Positions 39,921 to 52,300 of a DNA stretch of 64,000 nt are shown here, in pieces. Origin of the DNA: Torpedo marmorata (lineage: Eukaryota); NCBI GenBank assembly GCA_977017645.1, contig OZ360230.1:65782001-65846000 (forward strand). The letters are read 5' to 3'. The notes under the pieces are model-generated. The model made no database searches, was not told the origin of the DNA, and saw only the letters and a list, made by a program, of their open reading frames with translations. The position numbers and the translations under genes are program-made. Every line of letters starts with the position of its first letter. The stretch's first letter is position 1.

Positions 39921-41728
39921 CCTGTATTTACACCATGTTGTGTGTGGAGGCAGTGCTGGGTCACCACTGGCAGGAGTGCAACTGCATTACAAGATTATTT
40001 GTTTGACAGATTCCATTAGTAACACAAACAGGCACTTAAAATACAAATATACGAACATAGGCTCAATGCAAGACAGTTAAGCAGAGATTACGTCTAGGCA
40101 ATGTTATCTATTCTCCAAATCCACCACATAAAAACCACAAAGTACAGGATCATGGGAGTCAAGAGTTATAAAACCATAAGAGAAAGGAGCAGAAATAGGC
40201 TATTCAGCCCATCGAGTCTGCCCTGCCATTTAATCTTAAGATGATCCATTTTCACACTCAGCCTGACTACCAGACTTCTCCCCATAACCTTTGATGCCCT
40301 GGCTAATCAAGAACCTATCAATCTCTGCCTTAAATACACCCAATGTCCTGGCCTCCACAACTGGCTGTGGCAACAAATTCCACAGATTTACCACCCTCTG
40401 GCTAAAGAAATTCCTTCACATTTCTGTTCTAAGCAGGCGTCTTTCAATACTGAAGTTGTGCTCTCTTGTCCTAGACTCTCCCACCATGGGAAACAATCTT
40501 TCTACATCTACTCTGTCCACACCTTTCAACATTCAAAATGTTTCATGAGATCCCTCCTCATTCTCCTAAATTCCAATGAGTACAGGCTAGGAGCTGTCAA
40601 AAGCTCCTCAGATAATAACCCTTTCATTCCCAGAATCATCCTTGTGAACTTCCTCTGAACCCTCTCCAACGTCAGCACATCCTTTCTTAAATGAGGAGCC
40701 CAAAACTGCTCACAATACTCCAAGTGAGGTCTCACCAGTGCCTTATAAAGGCTCAACATCACATCCCTGCTCTTATATTCTATTCCTCTTGAAATGAATG
40801 CCAGCATTGCATTTGTCTTCTTCACCACTGACTCAACATGCAAGTTTACGTTCAGGCTGTCCTGCACGAGGACTCCTAGGTCCCTTTGCATCTGGGTATT
40901 TTCAATTATCTCCCCATTTAAAAAATAGTCTGCCCGTTTATTTTTTCTACCAAAGTGAATGACCGTACACTTTCTGATATTGTATTTTATTTGCCACTTT
41001 TCTGCCCATTATCCTAATCTAAGTCCTTCCACAGCCTCCGTGTTTCCTCGACACTACCTGCTCCTCCATCTACCTTCGTATCAACCACAAAGCTATTCAT
41101 TCCATAATCCAAATCATTAATATACAACATACAACTAGCAACTGGCAGCTAACCAGAATATGATCCCTGTATTCCAACACTCTGGCTTCCTGCCAATCAG
41201 CCAATGCTCTACCCACACGAGTATGTTTCCTGTTATACCACAGGCTCTTATCTTGTTAAGTAGCCTCACGTGTGGCACCTTGTCAAAGGCCTTCTGAAAA
41301 TCCAAATACACATCATTCACTGCATCTCCTTTATCTAGCCTGCTTATAACTTTTTCGAAGATTTCCAATAGATTTGTCGACCGAGATTTTCCCTCAAGGA
41401 AACCACGCTGGCTTTGGCCTATCTTGTCATGTGCCTCCAAGTTCTCCGTAACCTCATCCTTGACAAACGACTCCCACAGCTTTCCAATCACTGATGTCAG
41501 GCTAACCATTTTATAATTTCCTCCCTCCCTTCTTGAAATGTGGTGTGACTTTTGTGATTTTCCAATCCTCCGGGACCATAGCAGAATCTATTGATTCCTG
41601 AAAGATCATTACATGGTTAAATCTATATTTTGGTCGGGTGCAAGCAGCGTTAGAAATGCAAATGTTCCGTACGCACCAACCTAATTTACATTTCGAAAAT
41701 AGAAAGGAAAATTGGATGTAATGGACCC

Positions 41729-42521
41729 ACGGGGAGCGGAGATACAGCGCTCCCGTGGGGTCCAGCCGCCCAGTCGACTGCCGTCGGTTCCGCGCGGGCT
41801 TTGAATGGCCCGTTAAAGGAGCCGACGGTGGTTTTATTTAAGATCCCGCGGCCACGGGGTCTGCGCCCAAGATGGCAGAGCCTTTAAACCAGCAGCAGCC
41901 ACGAGGGGCTGCAGACTCCGGGGGAAGCGGAGGACTGGAGCAGGGCACCAGAGGACGGGAAGATCACCCCCCGTCTGAGAAGGAGAAGCGGAGGAGACTA
42001 CCCACGGGACGGTGACCACGGCGGCGGACCAGTGAGGGGCTCTGAGGCTGAAGGACCAGAGCATGCGGTGAGCTGCTGGCGACTCGAGGCGAGAAACCCG
42101 CAGAGGCTGTGGGCTGCTGGAGACTGCTGTCGGGGGACTCACGCCGGGCTGCGGACTGCTGGAGGCTGGCTCGAACTGGCTGGAGGAGTACCAGGTATCG
42201 GAACCGGGATGCGAGGGGGTGCCGAGGGCGCCCTGACCGTGTCGGAGGTTTGGATCTGGAGCTCGGGATGCCGATGGTTTGGACTGGACTCTGTCTGGCT
42301 GCGGAGGCTGCGGAAGCGCTGGAGGCGAATCTATGGACACTCGGTGACTCTGGGGGGATTCTCTTTTGCTTCTCTTTCTCTGACTGTAAGGAATGTTAGA
42401 GGCGCTTAGGCAATTTCTGCCGGTGGCGAATCTGTCTGCCTTGCAGCAGGCAAAAAGAAATTTCATGGAATATGACACTGTCTTATTACTAACACAATAA
42501 ATTGAATCTTGAATCTTGAAT
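41729..42521 (+). mobile_element. CpG-rich non-autonomous retroelement, copy 2
   Basis: Colinear with the reverse complement of 3418-4210; tail AATAAATTGAATCTTGAATCTTGAATC; interrupts CR1. Confidence 0.88.
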
Positions 42522-43574
42522 CAATACCTCCACAATCCCTACCACTTCCTCTTTCAGAACCCAAGGGTGCAGATTCTTCGTCATCTGGTACACTGCTAGG
42601 GTCTTCCACAGTGAAGAATGATGCAAAATACTCGTTTAGTTCCTCTGCCATCTCCTTGTCTCCCATTATTATTTCCCCAGTGTTATTTTCTAGTGGTCCT
42701 ATATCTACTCTCACCTCTCTTTTACTCTTTATATACTTGAAGAAACATTTTGTATCCTCTTTGATATTATTTGCTAGCCTAATTTCATACCATCTTTTCC
42801 CTCCTTATGAGTGTTTTTAGTTACCTTCTGCAAGTTTTTAAAAACGTCCCAATCCTCTATCTTCCCACTAATTTTTGCTTCCTTGTGTGCCCTCTCTTTT
42901 GTTTTCACGTTGTCTTTGACTTCCCTTGTCAGCCACAGTTGTGACATTTTACCATTTGAATATTTCTTCTTTTTTGGTCTGTATTTACCCTGCACCTTCC
43001 TCATTTCTTGCAGAAACTCCATCCATTGCTGCTCTGCCGTCTCCCCTACTAGTGCCCCCTTCCAATCTACTTTGGCCAGTTCCTCTCTCATGCCACTGTA
43101 ATTCCCTTTACTCCACTGAAATACCGGCACATCTGACGTTAGTTTCTCCTTGTTAAATCTCAAATTCAACTCAATCATATTGTGATCACTGCCCCTTTAT
43201 GGTTCCTTTACTCTAAGCTTCCTAATCACTTCTGGTGCATTACACAACACCCAATCCAGTACAACCTATCCCCTCATGGGCTCATCAACAAACTGCTCCA
43301 AAAAGCCATCTATTAGGCTTTGTACAAATTCTCTCTCTTGAGATCCAGTCCCAACCTGGTTTTCCCAATCTACTTGCATGTTAAAATTCCCCATGACTAC
43401 CATAACGTTGTCCTCCTGACACACATTTTCTATCTGCTGTTGTATTTGTTGACAACATCCCAGCTATTGTCTGGAGGTCTGTACATAACAGCCAACGGTG
43501 TCTTTTTACCCTTGCCTTTTCTTAACTCAACCCACAATGATTCCATATCTTCTGATCCCATGTCATCTCTTTCT

Positions 43575-44214
43575 TTTCTTTTCTTTTTAAAATATTTTTA
43601 TTGAGTTTCAACAATAAACATGTATACAGAGTAACAGAATTAAGAAAAACATGCAAAAAATCAGCTGGTATTCATACATGTATATATAAAAAAAAAACTA
43701 AGTAAATTGTCGTAACTAAATTTTGAATATAGGTTAAAACTCTAGTTCCGTATAATTATCTTAAAAAAAACAATGAAAATAAAATAAAAAGAAAGAAAAA
43801 AAAAGGACAAAAAACACTAATAACTAATCTATTCTAACCCCTCCCTCTAAGCAAGGTTACCTTGATGTTGGAAAAAGGAAGGAAAAGAACAAAAAAAGGT
43901 ATGGATCCTGTAGCGATAGTCAGTTTTGTTAATTCTTCCAATCATGATAGTATTCAATGAATGGCCCCCAGATCTTTTAAAATTTAAACTTTCTATCTTT
44001 AATATTATATCTAATTTTCTCCAAACTCAGAAAGGACATTACATCTAGTAACCACTGTCTATGTGTCGGAGACAACTCATCTTTCCATTTCAATAAAATT
44101 GCTCGTCTGGCAATCAACATGGAAAAAGCTAAAACTTTTTCCTGTGATGCAGACAAAGGTATGTTAAGTTCACGTGAAAAACCAAACAGAGCAATTATAG
44201 GACATGGTTCTATA
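43575..44214 (-). mobile_element. Short L1-like 3' end
   Basis: Reverse strand ARRAILLKWKD..LSLEKIRY; AATAAA; TSD ATCTCTTTCT (43565-43574 / 44215-44224). Confidence 0.85.
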
Positions 44215-45038
44215 ATCTCTTTCTAATGATTTAATGCTGTTCCTTACCAACACAGCCACACCGCCCCCTCTGCTTACCTGCCTATCCTTTCAATACACTG
44301 TGTATTCTTGGACATTCAGCTCCCAACGACATCCATCCTTTAGCCACGATTCTGTGATAGCCACAACATCATATCTGCCAATTTGTAGCTGTACTACAAG
44401 GTCATCCACTTTATTTCTTATGCTGCTTGCATTTAAATACAAATCTTTAGCCCTTTATTTGCTACATTTGACGCTGTGTCCCTGTTGTATTGCAACTCAT
44501 CCCACTGGCTGCAATTTTGCCCTATCTGCCTGTCCTTCCACACAAACTCTCTACCAGCTGCTTGTGCACCAACCGTCTCTTCCTCTGCCTCTTCATCTTG
44601 GTTCCCACCCCCCTCTGCAAATCTAGTTTAACTCCCCCTCCCTCCCTAAACCCCTATCAGCATTAGCAAACCTCCCTGCCAGGATATTGGTTCCCCTCCA
44701 GTTCAGGTGCAACCCGTCCCACATGTACAGGTCACCCCTTCCCCAGAAAAGGTTCCAATGATCCAAGAACTTGAAACACTGCCCCCTGCTCCATCTCCTC
44801 AGCCACACATTTGTCTGCACTATCTTCCAGTTCTGACCTTCCCTAGCTCAATGCATCGGGAGTAATCCAGAGATTACCACCTTGAAGGTCCTGCTCTTCA
44901 GCCTCCTTCGTAACGTCCTTAACCTACTTTGCAGGACCTCTACCCCACTCCTGCCTGTGTCATTGGTACCATGACCTCTGGCTGCTCATCCTCCCCATTA
45001 AGAATATTCTGCACAGAATTATACAGCACAGAAACAAG

Positions 45039-46818
45039 AAATTACACGATTTAAATGGTCAAATAATGGAATTAAATATTTGGGAATAAAAATAGATACA
45101 AAATTAGGTAATTTATATAAATTAAATTATTTACCATTATTTACTAATATTAAAAATGATTTAGAGAGTTGGAAAGATTTACCTATAACTTTAATAGGAA
45201 GGGTAAATTGTATCAAAATGAATGTTTTTCCAAGAATTCAATATCTTTTTCAATCAATTCCTTATGAAATTCCTCAAAAATTCTTTAAGGATTTAAATTT
45301 AATTATTAGGAAATTTTTGTGGAAGGGAATGTTGGCTAGAGTAGGTATGGAGAAATTAACTTGGAATTATGAATTAGGAGGTTTACAACTTCCCGATTTT
45401 CAAAATTACTATAAGGCAGCTCAATTAAAATTTATTAATGAAATGTTTGATTTAGAAAAATCTTCTGCTTGGATTAGAATAGAATTAAATAATATAGGAG
45501 AGGATTCGAAAGAGAAGTTATTTATAAATGGAATTCTAAATTATTATTAAGGGGAGGTAAAAATTCTCCTATTTTAAAACATTTGTTAGAAATATGGAAT
45601 AAAGTGGATAGGGAGATAGGAAGGAAAGGGTTAATTTCTCGTAAAATGCCTTTATATCAAAATAAACTTATCCCATTTACTATTGATAATAAATTGTTTA
45701 AAATTTGGTTTCAAAAAGGAATTAAAAATGTGAATGATTGTTTTGAAGCTAGTAAATGTATTACTTTTCAAAGAATGAAAGAGAAGTTTAATGTATTAAA
45801 TAATACACTTTTTTCTTATTATCAAATAAGAACATTTTTAGTTGAAAAGTTAGGTCATAGTTTAATTTTACCAAGACAAAGTGAATTGGAACTATTAGTT
45901 ACTAATGGGGGTATAAATAAATTTATTTCTCAAATGTATAGATTGTTACAGAAAAAAATGCCTAAACCAGGCATTCATAAATCAAGATTAAAATGGGAAT
46001 CAGATTTGAATGTAACAATAGATGAAGAACATTGGAAAGAAATATGTAAACAAAGTATGACGAAAATTATTAATGTTAGATATAAGTTAGTGCAATATAA
46101 TGTTTTGCATCAATTATATTTAACACCTAAGAAATTAAAGAAATTTAATTCGAGACTATCAGATTTATGTTTTAGATGTAATAGAGAGGAAGGCTCTTTT
46201 GTACATTCTACGTGGCTTTGTCCAAGGATACATGCTTTTTGGCTGAAAGTTAAAAAGTTTTTAGACAAAGTATTAAGAATTACACTCCCAATGAATCCTA
46301 TGATATTTTTGTTTGGAGATATTAAAAGAATTAGTATTAAAATGAGATTAAATATGTATCAAATAGAATTTTTGCAAATTGCTTTAGCTGTTTCAAAGAA
46401 ATGCATTGCTATTACATGGAAGTCTGATGTAGATTTAGGGTTAGAAAGATGGCATGCAGAACTTCGTTCATGTATACCACTTGAAAAAACTACTTAGAAT
46501 TCACGTAACAAATATCATTTCTTTTTGAAAATATGGAGCCCATATATAAAAACTGTGGGCTTAAGGATTTGAGGATCTCTCGATATCAGGTCTGACTGGT
46601 GAACCTGTGTTCCACAATTAAATTAATGTATAGTTGTTCTTTTTTAGATTGACATTCTCCAAATTCTATCCTTTTTTTTCTTTCTTTCTATATTATTAGA
46701 ATAGTAGGGGTTGGTGGGTAGGGTGAAAATATATCACATGTATTCTGATAATTTTGTATTTTATAAACATGTATTATCGTGTGATTTAAAATTTTAAATA
46801 ACATATTTTTTTTTAAAA
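45039..46818 (+). mobile_element. 5'-truncated AT-rich L1-like LINE
   Basis: Same family as 36641-39198; TSD AGAAACAAG (45030-45038 / 46819-46827). Confidence 0.93.
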
Positions 46819-47058
46819 AGAAACAAGCCCTTCAGCCCAACTCATCCATTCTGACCAAGGTGCCTTCCTGAGCTTGTTTCATTTGCTTGTGTTCAAACCA
46901 TATCTTGCTGTACCTTTCCTATCCCTGCAGCTGCACAAATGTATTTTATATGATGCAGTTGTATCCTGCTCCACATACTCACATTAATACAAAATCATTG
47001 TCTAAAAAAGGCGAGCATTTGAGCTGACACAAATACCCCACATCTCCAAGATACAGGG

Positions 47059-47207
47059 GCAACCTGTCCCACTTGTACAGGTCACCCCTTCCCCAGAAAA
47101 GGTTCCAATGATCCAAGAATTTGAACCCTGCCCCATCTCCTCCACCACACGTTTGTCTGCACTATCTTCTTGTTTTGACCTTCCCTAGCTCGCCGCACCA
47201 GGAGATA
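47059..47207 (-). mobile_element. CR1 ORF1 (esterase) fragment
   Basis: Similar to 44710-44875. Confidence 0.75.
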
Positions 47208-47523
47208 TTGCAGTAAGCAATTTGAAGGCTTTGTTATGAGGCACTTCTTCTCAAATAAATCAGACAAGTGCAGCTCAAGTAAAACTGTGCACTATATGGA
47301 AGATGTCAAAATATAAATTAAAAAAACAAGAAAGGCTATAAATCCTGAGATGAGCAAGCTTCTGTGCAGAACGAAACATATGTTTCAATCTCTGACCCTG
47401 AACCAGTCAATGAAAATGAACAAACAGCAGGCGCAGGAAATCTGCATGAAAAACAGGAAATAGTCAGTCAGCCGGCCAGCCAGCCGCTGAAAGGGAAACA
47501 GTTCATGCTTCAGTTCAATTTCT

Positions 47524-48109
47524 TTTTTTAAAATATTTTATTTGTATTTTTTAAAGCCAAACATATTTATCAATAACAAAAATAATACATCATCAAATAT
47601 AATATTCGTCTGTTGACTATTATACTAAAAAACAACAACAAAATTACAAACAAAGGAAAACCCACCCACCCAATTCCCCCCTAAAAGAAAAAAAAGAGAG
47701 GAATAGAATAAGAAAAGGTTGAAATAGAAAAGGAAAGAAGACGTTGGAGACTCGTCGTCCACCCCGCAGGCTTAAATTACTTGGCATACTCGGATTTCTG
47801 AAGAGGAAATGGACATAGGTCCTGGAGGCGAGGGGGGGCCTGGTTATAGATTTACAGCCATGTGTTGTAAATATGGAGTCCAAATCTTTAAAAATATATC
47901 ATATCTATTTCTAAGATTATAGGTAATCTTCTCAAGGGGAACACAGCTGTACATTTCCTCATTCCATCTTGTCATACCGAGATGGGAATCAGACTTCCAT
48001 GTGACCGCTATACATTTCCTGGCCACCGCCAATGCGATCTCCACAAATTTTATTTGAAATTTTGACAGCCTCATCTTAGGTCTTACGCCGGAGATATTGC
48101 CCAATAGCA
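47524..48109 (-). mobile_element. Short L1-like 3' end, related subfamily
   Basis: IALAVARKCIAVTWKSD...PLEKITYNLR; 15-bp TSD TTCAGTTCAATTTCT (47509-47523 / 48110-48124). Confidence 0.9.
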
Positions 48110-48787
48110 TTCAGTTCAATTTCTGAATCATTTTCCTTCATCTCTGATCCTTCTATAAATTACGGTAAATCTCTGGTTTCTGCCACCTGACCAGATATCC
48201 TGATGGTTTGGCATCTAGCCCTTGGGTGATGTTTCACACCCTCCATGAAACTCATTGGGAGCCAGAGTGCCCATGCTCCCCACAAAGGTATCAAGTTCAC
48301 TGGACCATTTATAATAATACTAAACATCTAAAAAAAGGTGAATAAAAAGTGTAGCTGGGATCATCGAAATAACACCCAATAGTCTAGAAAATCTGACTCA
48401 AATCCTGAGCATGCCAGATGTCAGAGTGTGCTCCTTGGTGTTCGACTCCTCTGTTAAGAGAAATAGATCCTTCCTACTTCATCCAGCCCCTCAGAATTTC
48501 ACAAAGCCTAATTATAGTCTACTCTGTTCCAAATAAAATAACCACAGTCTTCTCAATTCTTCCTCAAAGCTACAATTTTGTAGTTCTGTCAACATTCTCA
48601 AAAATATCCCATACACCTCACAACTTAGAACACAAGAACATAAGAAATATGAGAATGAGTAGGCCTTTGAGCCATTAATAAGATCATGACTGATCTGGCT
48701 GTGGACTCAGCTCCACCTACCTGCTTTTTCCCCATAACCCTTAATTCCCCAAGTTTTCAAAAATCTATCTGCAGTTTAAATACATTT

Positions 48788-49311
48788 CAGAATCAGAATT
48801 TATTGTCATGAACATGTGTCATGAAATTCGTTGTTTTGCGACAGCATTACAGATGCAAAAATTGGTGTAGATTTCATTTTAAAAATAAATAAATAAATTA
48901 GTGCAAAAGAAGAGAAAAAGTGAGGTAGTGTCTGTGGTTCATTGTCCATTCAGGAATCTGATGGCAGAGGGGAAGAAGCTGTTTATGTAACATTGGGTGT
49001 TCGTCTTCAGGCTCCTGTACCTCCTTCCTGATGGTAGCAGTGAGAAGACGGCATGGCCTGGGTGGTGGTGCTCCTTGAGCATAGAAGCTGCTTTCTTGAG
49101 ACACCGCCTCTTGTAGATGTCCTTAATGGAGTGAAGGCTGATGCCCATGATGGCGCTGGCCGAGTTCACAACTCTCTGTAGTCTTTTCCTATCCTGTGCA
49201 TTGGTACCTCCATACCAGAGAGTGATGCAACCAGTCAGAATTATCTCCACAGTATACCTCTAGAAATTTGCAACAGCCTTTGGTGACATACCAAATTTCC
49301 TCAAACTCCTG
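48788..49311 (-). mobile_element. Rex1/Babar 3' fragment
   Basis: ILTGCITLWYG..RLQRVV..LLPSGRRYRS; TGACAATAAATTCTGATTCTG tail. Confidence 0.9.
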
Positions 49312-52300
49312 AATAACAAGTACCTGTATACCATTTTGGATACTGTTGAGGGGGATGACCTACCAGGCACAAGCCATGGCAATCAGGTCTCTGGCATGGA
49401 GTCTGGTCCTGTGGCTAAGAAGGGAAGGGAGGAGAAGAGGCAAGCTGCAGTGATAGGGGATTCCAGAGTTAGGGGGACAGATAAGAGTTTCTGTGGAGGA
49501 GATCGAGTATCCCGGATGGTATATTGCCTCCCAGGTGCCAGGGTCCGAGATATCTCAGATCGAGTTCATGGCATTCTCAGGAGGGAGGGTGAGCAGCCAG
49601 ATGTCGTGGTCCATGTAGGGACCAATGATGTGGGTAGGAAGAGTGAGGAGGTCCTGCAAGGAGAGTTCAGGAAGTTAGGTGCTAGGTTGAAGGAAAGAAC
49701 CTCCAGGGTAGTGATCTCAGGATTGCTACCCGTGCCATGTGCTAGAGAGGTTAGAAATAGGAGGATAATGCAGCTTAACACGTGGCTGAAGACGTGGAGG
49801 GAGGGCTTCAGGTTTCTGGATCATTGGGCTATCTTCCAGGGAAGGTGGGACATGTTCCGACAGGACGGTTTGCATCTGAACTGGAAGGGGACTAATATCC
49901 TTGCAGGCAGGTTTGCTAGTGCTGCTCCGGTGGGTTTAAACTAGATTTGCAGGGGGAGGGGAACCAGAGTGCCAGAGCAGATAGAGGAGTGGAGAAGGGA
50001 AAAGATTATGTTAAAATTGCATGCACCATTAGAAGTCAATGGGTTGAACGTGGTGGAAATTTTCTCAGGTGCATCTATTTCAATGCAAGGAGTATTGTAG
50101 GAAAGGCAGACGAGCTTAGGGCGTGGATTGGCACGTGGAATTACGACATTGTGGCCATTAAGGAATCTGGGTTGCAGGAGGGGAAGGACTGGCAGCTCAA
50201 CGTTCCAGGCTTCCGTTGCTTTACACGCGATAGAATGGGGGGATGAAAGCATTGCTCGTCAGGGAAAATATCACAGCTTGTGCTCAGGCAGGTCAGACAA
50301 GAGAGCTCGTCCACTGAGGCTATATGGGTGGAGCTGAGGAACGCAAGTGGTATGACCACACTCATGGAGTTGTATTATAGACCACCCAATAGTCAGCGAG
50401 AATTGGAGGAGCAAATCTGTAGAGAGTTAGCAGACAGTTGCAGGAAACATAAAGTTGTGATAGTAGGAGATTTTAACTTTGCACATATTGACTGGGACTC
50501 CCATACTGCAAAAGGGCTGGATGGCTTGGAGTTTGTCAAATGTGTTCAGGAAAGTTTTCTAAATCAATATATAGAGGTACCAACTAGAGAGAATGCAATA
50601 CTGGATCTCCTATTAGGGAACAAGACAGGACAGGTGACAGAAATATGTGTAGGGGAACATTTTGGGTCCAGTGATCATAATGCCATTAGTTTCAAGTTAA
50701 TTATGGACAAGGATAGGTCTGGGCCTCGGGTTGAGATTCTAAATTAGAGAAAGGCCAATTTTGAGGAAATGAGAAAGGATCTAGAATGCGTGGATTGGGA
50801 TAGGTTGTTTTCCGGCAAGGATGTGCGAGGTAAGTGGAGGACCTTCAAAGGAGAAATTTTGAGAGTACAGAGTTTGTATGTTCCTGTCAGGATCAAAGGC
50901 CAGGTTAGAAGGTATAGGGAATCTTGGTTTTCGAGGGATCTGGTTCGGAAGAAGAGAGAGGTGTATAACAGGTATAGGCAACATGGAGCAAATGAGGTAC
51001 TTGAGGAGTATATAAAATGCAAGAAAAACTTCAAGAAAGAAACCAGGAAGGCTAAAAAAAAGACATGAGGTTGTTTTGGCAGACAATGTGAAGGAAAATC
51101 CTAAGGGTTTCTACAAGTATATTAAGAGCAAAAGGATAGTAAGGGACAAAATTGGCCTCATTGAAAATCAGCGTGGTCGGCTTGTTATGGAGCCAAAAGA
51201 GATGGGGGAGATCTTACATTTTTTTTTTCATCAATATTCACTCAGGAAACGGGCACAGAGTCGTGGGAAGTAAGGAAAACAAGCAGTGAGGTCATGGAAC
51301 CTATACAGATTAAAGAGGAGGAAGTGCTTGCTGTCTTAAAGCAAATAAGGGTGGATAAATCCCCAGGGCCTGACAAGATATTCCCTCTGACCTTGAGGGA
51401 GGCTAGTGCAGAAATTGCAGGGGCTCTGGCAGAAATATTTAAAATGTCCTTAGCCACGGGTGTGGTGCCAGAGGATTGGAGGGTAGCTCACGTTGTTCCA
51501 TTGTTTAAAAAAGGCTCCAAAAGTAACCCTGGAAATTATAGGCCGGTGAGCCTGACGTCAGTGGTAGGTAAATTATTGGAAGGTGTTCTAAGAGATCAGA
51601 TATACAATTATTTGGATAGCCAGGGACTGATTAGGGATAATCAACATGATTTTGTGTGGTAGGTCGTGTTTAACCAATCTTAGAGTTTTTCGAGGAGGTT
51701 AACAGGAAAGTTGATGAAGGAAAGGCTGTGGATGTTGTCTTCTTGGACATTAGTAAGGCTTTTGACAAGGTTCCGCATGGGAGGTTAGTCAGGAAGGTTC
51801 AGACGCTGGGTATTCATGGTGAAGTAGTAAACTGGATTCGACGATGGTTGGACGGGAGAAGCCAGAGAGTAAAGGTTAAAGATTCCATTATTGTCACGTA
51901 ATACTACATTTAGAATGTAACATACATGAAATTCTTTAATTTTTGTCTACTGTAAGACAGGCAGAGAGTCGCTACTTTGTCCAGCGCCCCTCACAGAAAC
52001 CTACAGCACCTGGTGTTCCTAGGCGGTCTCCCCTCCAAGTACTGACCAGTCCTGTGCCTGCTTAGCTTACGAGATCAGACAATCCCAGTCATATTCAGGC
52101 TATTGGTGCTGTGATTGCTTCTCAGATTGGAGGCCTGTGGCTAGTGGTGTGCCTCAGGGATTGGTACTGGGATCATTGTTGTTTGTCATCTATATCAATG
52201 ATCTGGATGATAATGTGGTAAATTGGATCAGCAAGTTTGCAGATGACACTAAGATTGGAGGTGTTGTGGACAGCGAAGAAGGTTTTCAAAGCTTGCAGAG

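Larger units (their letters stand above)
40160..45010 (-). mobile_element. Near full-length decayed CR1 (ORF1 esterase end, APE, RT, tail) with two nested insertions
   Basis: DGLHLNWRGTN; VSLTSVIGK; DFQKAFDKVPH; LVRPHLEYCEQFWAPH. Confidence 0.92.

Noticed and set aside
49336-49944. Host SGNH esterase gene
   Set aside because: Directly precedes CR1 ORF2; the esterase is a known ORF1 domain of CR1 elements
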